Assembly: GCA_002269645.1 (NCBI GenBank)
Contig: NIVC01002564.1
Location: 97,306-161,305 of the forward strand
DNA length: 64,000 nucleotides
Direction of reading: 5' to 3'
Source: Macrostomum lignano
Taxonomy: Eukaryota
The notes under the pieces are model-generated. The model was given only the letters and a program-made list of their open reading frames with translations, made no database searches and was not told the origin of the DNA. A program made the translations under genes and the position numbers. Below, one piece after another: positions 59,519 to 64,000 of the stretch. Position 1 is the stretch's first letter; each line of letters begins with the position of its first letter.

Positions 59519-62500
59519 ATGCATCAGTGTACAACAGTTCAAACAGCCTTGGTGGTTTGGCTGCTACTATTAAAACTCATCCCTTGCAGTGTTCAACAAT
59601 CAACCCAAATCATGCCTCAGTTCATATTTTCGCCACCCTCGAAATTGCTTTTTAACTGGGACGATGTCTGGGAGGCTGGCTATCCCGACTCACTGGCTGT
59701 TCTTAGTGCAGATCATCGAATAACTGTACGAGTCAGTGTTGCTGGCAATTTTGGTGGAGGATTAAAGATAATGTTGGACTTCAGGTAGGTGCTGTTTGTG
59801 TCTATATACAGTAATGTTTAAAGTTTTTTAGCTTAATATTCAAGGAATCAAAAAATTGCATTGTTTGAAGCTCAAAAATTCCAAATATTCAGAGGTTACT
59901 ATTACAACAGCAAAATTCCACACAACACTAAAAGACACAAACCCTCACAACAACAAAAAACAGAAACCTTTCACAACACTGAAAGACACAAACCCTCACA
60001 ACACGAAGGACACAAGCCTTCACAACACCGAAAGACACAAACCCTCACAACACCGAAAGACACAAGCCCTCACAACACCGAAAGACACAAACCCTCACAA
60101 CACCAAAAGACACAAACCCTCACAACACCGAAGGACACAAGCCTTCACAACACCGAAAGACAAAAACCTTCACAACACTGAAAGACACAAACCCTCACAA
60201 CACCGAAATACACAAACCTTTACAACACCAAAGGACACAAACCGTCACAACACCAAAAGACACAAACCCTCACAACACCAAAAGACACAAACCCTCACAA
60301 CACCGAAGGACACAAGCCTTCACAACACCGAAAGACAAAAACCTTCACAACACTGAAAGACACAAACCCTCACAACACCGAAATACACAAACCTTTACAA
60401 CACCAAAGGACACAAACCGTCACAACACCAAAAGACACGAACCCTCACAACACCGAAAGACACAAACCCTCACAACACCGAAAGACACAAAGCCTCACAA
60501 CACCGAAAGACACAAACCCTCACAACACCGAAAGACACAAGCCCTCACAACACCGAAAGACACAAACCCTCACAACACCAAAAGACACAAACCCTCACAA
60601 CACCGAAGGACACAAACCATCACAACACCGAAAGACACAAACCCTCACAACACCGAAAGACACAAGCCTCACAACACCGAAAGACACAAACCCTCACAAC
60701 ACCGAAAGACACAAGCCCTCACAACACCGAAAGACACAAACCCTCACAACACCAAAAGACACAAACCCTCACAACACCGAAGGACACAAGCCTTCACAAC
60801 ACCGAAAGACAAAAACCTTCACAACACTGAAAGACACAAACCCTCACAACACCGAAATACACAAACCTTTACAACACCGAAGGACACAAACCCTCACAAC
60901 ACCGAAGGACACAAACCCTCACAACACCGAAAGACACGAACCCTCACAACACCGAAAGACACAAAGCCTCACAACACCGAAAGACACAAACCTTTACAAC
61001 ACCGAAGGACACAAACCCTCACAACACCGAAGGACACAAACCCTCACAACACCGAAAGACACGAACCCTCACAACACCGAAAGACACAAAGCCTCACAAC
61101 ACCGAAAGACACAAACCCTCACAACACCGAAAGACACAAGCCCTCACAACACCGAAAGACACAAGCCCTCACAACACCGAAAGACACAAACCCTCACAAC
61201 ACCAAAAGACACAAACCCTCACAACACCGAAGGACACAAGCCTTCACAACACCGAAAGACAAAAACCTTCACAACACTGAAAGACACAAACCCTCACAAC
61301 ACCGAAATACACAAACCTTTACAACACCGAAGGACACAAACCCTCACAACACCGAAGGACACAAACCCTCACAACACCGAAAGACACGAACCCTCACAAC
61401 ACCGAAAGACACAAAGCCTCACAACACCGAAAGACACAAACCTTCACAACACCGAAAGACACAAACCTTTCACAACATCGAAGGACACAAACCTACAAAA
61501 CACCGAAAGACGAAAACCTTCACAGTACCAAATGACACAAACCTTTCACAACACCGGAAGTGCCGAAAGCAACCTTTGAATAACTGTTGCAAAGTAGCAT
61601 TTTATTTTCAGATGCGCCGGCAAGTCAGTGGAGGAGCAGTTGGACCTAGACAGTTTGACAACCGCTAGTGTCACTGAGCAGTGCTCACAACCTGGCAGCA
61701 TTGCGTTCAGCATTTCGAAACGTTTCCAAACTTCGACCCAGAGCACCGATTCAGTGTTGACAAGCGATTTCATATTGAAAATGTCCACTAGTCGAGTCTC
61801 GTATGAGAATGTGTTCAAAGATTTCCTAGAATTTCGCATTCTAGTTCAATACTCTGGCGGTGAGTTGCAGTCCAACTCGATGTCAGTGTGGAATCTCGAT
61901 CCAATCAGTGCTTTCCGGCTGTACCGCCTGTGACAGCTAAATATTCGAGTAGAAGTTTTCTAACTCAAAGTGCTATCAGTTTCTTGACTGGCAGGGAGTT
62001 TGCAGATGCCAGCAGTTCTACCAACGTATCCAGTCTTCAGTTTGTCGAGCCCAGCATGGTAGCTTTATTAGCCGCTGCTCCAGCCTTTCTAAGCAGCGGG
62101 TCAACTTGGGTGCACTGTTGAACTTCGATGCCAACGGTTGCAGTTACGTGCAGTACGAACGAAGTACCATGTTTACTAGTTACGATTCGAAATTTGATTC
62201 AAGGCACACTTTGCTACAGAAACTGGTTCGATTAGATCTGAGCACCGGCTTATTGTGGTATTCAAAATGCAGATTAAGCAATGAGATTTATAACTTCTAT
62301 CTGAGCAGAATGCCGGCTAGTATTGGACTGTGTCTGGTGGTGTCAGTCTCTGGTCAGATGCAGCCTTATTATCGAGTGAGTACTGTTCACGCCCGACTCA
62401 TTAGTCCAACTGATTTCAACTATAAAAGTTGTACAACATCATCAGCATCAAAAGTGTGCTCATTGGTGCCTAACACCTACTCTAACGTCACCGTATTTGC

Positions 62501-63593
62501 CGGTGCAGATTTCACCGCATTAGTCTGTCCCATTGTATGCGATGATCCAACTATTGTTTATCGTTTCTATGCCAACGGCAGATTGTTGATACCGCCAACT
62601 GTGTCTGATTGGGATTCGGCTGTTGGTATTAGTGGAGTGAGAGTTGCCAGGGCTGCTAATATTATTGAGTTGTCACCGGATAGAGCTCCGTCTGGTGTCT
62701 ATCGATGCACTGCTGGATCCAGGTGGGGCTTGCGTGGCTTGTCTTCCTGTGCTTTCTACATTCGCACTTTTCGCACTCAATTCGTAGTTTGAGTATATGT
62801 AGGTTTCAATGACTTAATTAAGCGTGATGGTAGGGGCAGTAGAACCACTAAAAGTAGCAATACCCGTTAATAAAGTGCAATTAAAAAGGTAGCAATACTC
62901 ATTGATAAAGTGCCACTAAAAGGCAGCAATACCCGTTAATAAAGTGCAATTAAAAAAGTTGCAATACTCATTGATAAAGTACCACTAAAAGGTAGCAATA
63001 CCCGTTAATAAAGTGCAATTAAAAAGGTAGCAATACTCATTGATAAAGTACCACTAAAAGGTAGCAATACCCGTTAATAAAGTGCAATTAAAAAGGTAGC
63101 AATACCCGTTAATAAAGTACAATTAAAAAGGTAGCAATACCCGTTAATAAAGTGCAATTAAAAAGGTAGCAATACTCATTGGTAAAGTACAACTAAAAGG
63201 TAGAAATACCCCATTATATAAAGTACCACTGAAAAGATAGCAATACCAATAATAAAGTACAATTAAAAAGACAGCAATACCCATCGAAGACGCCCCCTTT
63301 CCCCGTCTCTGCAGGTCATTCACCTTCAACGTGCTCATAGTCGCTGCCCCAAGTTTTGCCAAAACTGATTCTGGGTCTGCTGCCGCTGCTTCCTATCCGT
63401 TGCCAGGCAAAGTTTTAGCCATGGCTGGGGAGGTGGTGAGCTACACTTGTGCAGCTTCTTATGCTGGCCTGAGCTCCGTTAGCTACAAGGCGTGTTTTAT
63501 CTGGCGTCCAATACTTCAACTGGAGTTAGTTGGACCAGGCATAGCTTGTCGAGTTTTCAACAATTAGTTGGCATCTCTGCTAATGAGCTGACT
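59519..63593 (+). CDS. Signal-peptide protein with Ig-like domains (partial; continues beyond the window; three apparent 1-nt deletions)
   Basis: Exons 59519-59784, 61612-62722, 63315-63593. N-terminus MHQCTTVQTALVVWLLLLKLIPCSVQQ is signal-peptide-like. Ig-like TVFAGADFTALVCPI..YRFY.NG..GVYRCTAGSR|SFTFNVLIVAAPSF..AMAGEVVSYTC. Frame is restored by +1 nt at ~61915, ~62106 and ~63492. Confidence 0.65.
59920..61545 (+). repeat. 25-bp repeat (cacaacaccgaaagacacaaaccct)n, 1.6 kb, in Ig-gene intron 1
   Basis: About 64 units. Confidence 0.96.
62840..63280 (+). repeat. 35-36-bp repeat (aaaaaggtagcaatacccgttaataaagtgcaatt)n in Ig-gene intron 2
   Basis: About 12 units. Confidence 0.92.
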
Positions 63594-63654
63594 GTAAGCT
63601 TGAATTCAACTGCAGTTGGATCAGATAGGTGAGATTTTGCTGCGCGTGGTAGAC

Positions 63655-64000
63655 TGTGTAGAGTAGCAAACTGTATTCTGTAGAGTAGAGTAGTAGAGTG
63701 AATGGTAGATTCTTTGTAGAGTATAAGGATCGCTTTTATAGTAGAATAAAAGAGTAGATTCTTAAGTAGAGTAAAATGGTAGTCTGTGGTAGTGTAGATA
63801 GGTAGATTATAAGGTAAATTACAGTGGTAGAATGTTTAGTAGAGTAGAAAAGTAGATTCCATGGTGCAGTAGAAGGGGTACATTCTATGTTAGAGTAGAA
63901 GGGTAGATTCTAGGGGTAGAGTAGAAGTTGGTAGACTCTAGGTAGAGTAGAGTAGAGGTAGATTCTAGGGTAGAGTAGAAGGGTTAGGTTCAGTAGGTAG
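63655..64000 (+). repeat. Degenerate (gtagagtagaa)-type repeat in Ig-gene intron 3
   Basis: Read directly from the sequence. Confidence 0.75.

Overview
This is eukaryotic (metazoan) genomic DNA, not prokaryotic: GT-AG spliced genes with GC-rich, Ala/Gly-run-rich exons, and introns filled with minisatellites. That style resembles the flatworm Macrostomum, which is an inference from style only. Seven spliced genes were rebuilt by hand from splice signals and codon phase: (1) a TauD/TfdA-family Fe/2OG dioxygenase (+, 4 exons); (2) the nuclear receptor PNR/NR2E3/Hr51 (-, 6 exons, 722 aa); (3) PPP1R32/SAXO4 (-, 6 exons); (4) TFG (+, 4 exons); (5) a BTB-BACK-Kelch protein (+, 4 exons, no in-frame ATG found); (6) an MFS transporter (+, 14 exons); (7) a signal-peptide protein with Ig-like domains (+, runs off the window). 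The window also holds a decayed LOA/R1-type non-LTR retrotransposon, a Penelope-like RT remnant, a hAT MITE with an 8-bp TSD, and about 40 tandem arrays. The most notable observations are: an inverted pair of related satellite arrays brackets the two DNA-binding-domain exons of PNR, which form an in-frame 537-nt phase-1/phase-1 cassette; several genes start at 3'-splice-site-like sequences, and for the Kelch gene a spliced-leader AUG would supply the missing start; a miniature direct-repeat element sits inside an (ATCT)n tract; and at least seven single-base-deletion frameshifts across four genes look like long-read assembly errors. All protein identifications come from recalled family motifs; no database search was run. 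Repeat boundaries are approximate, by eye.
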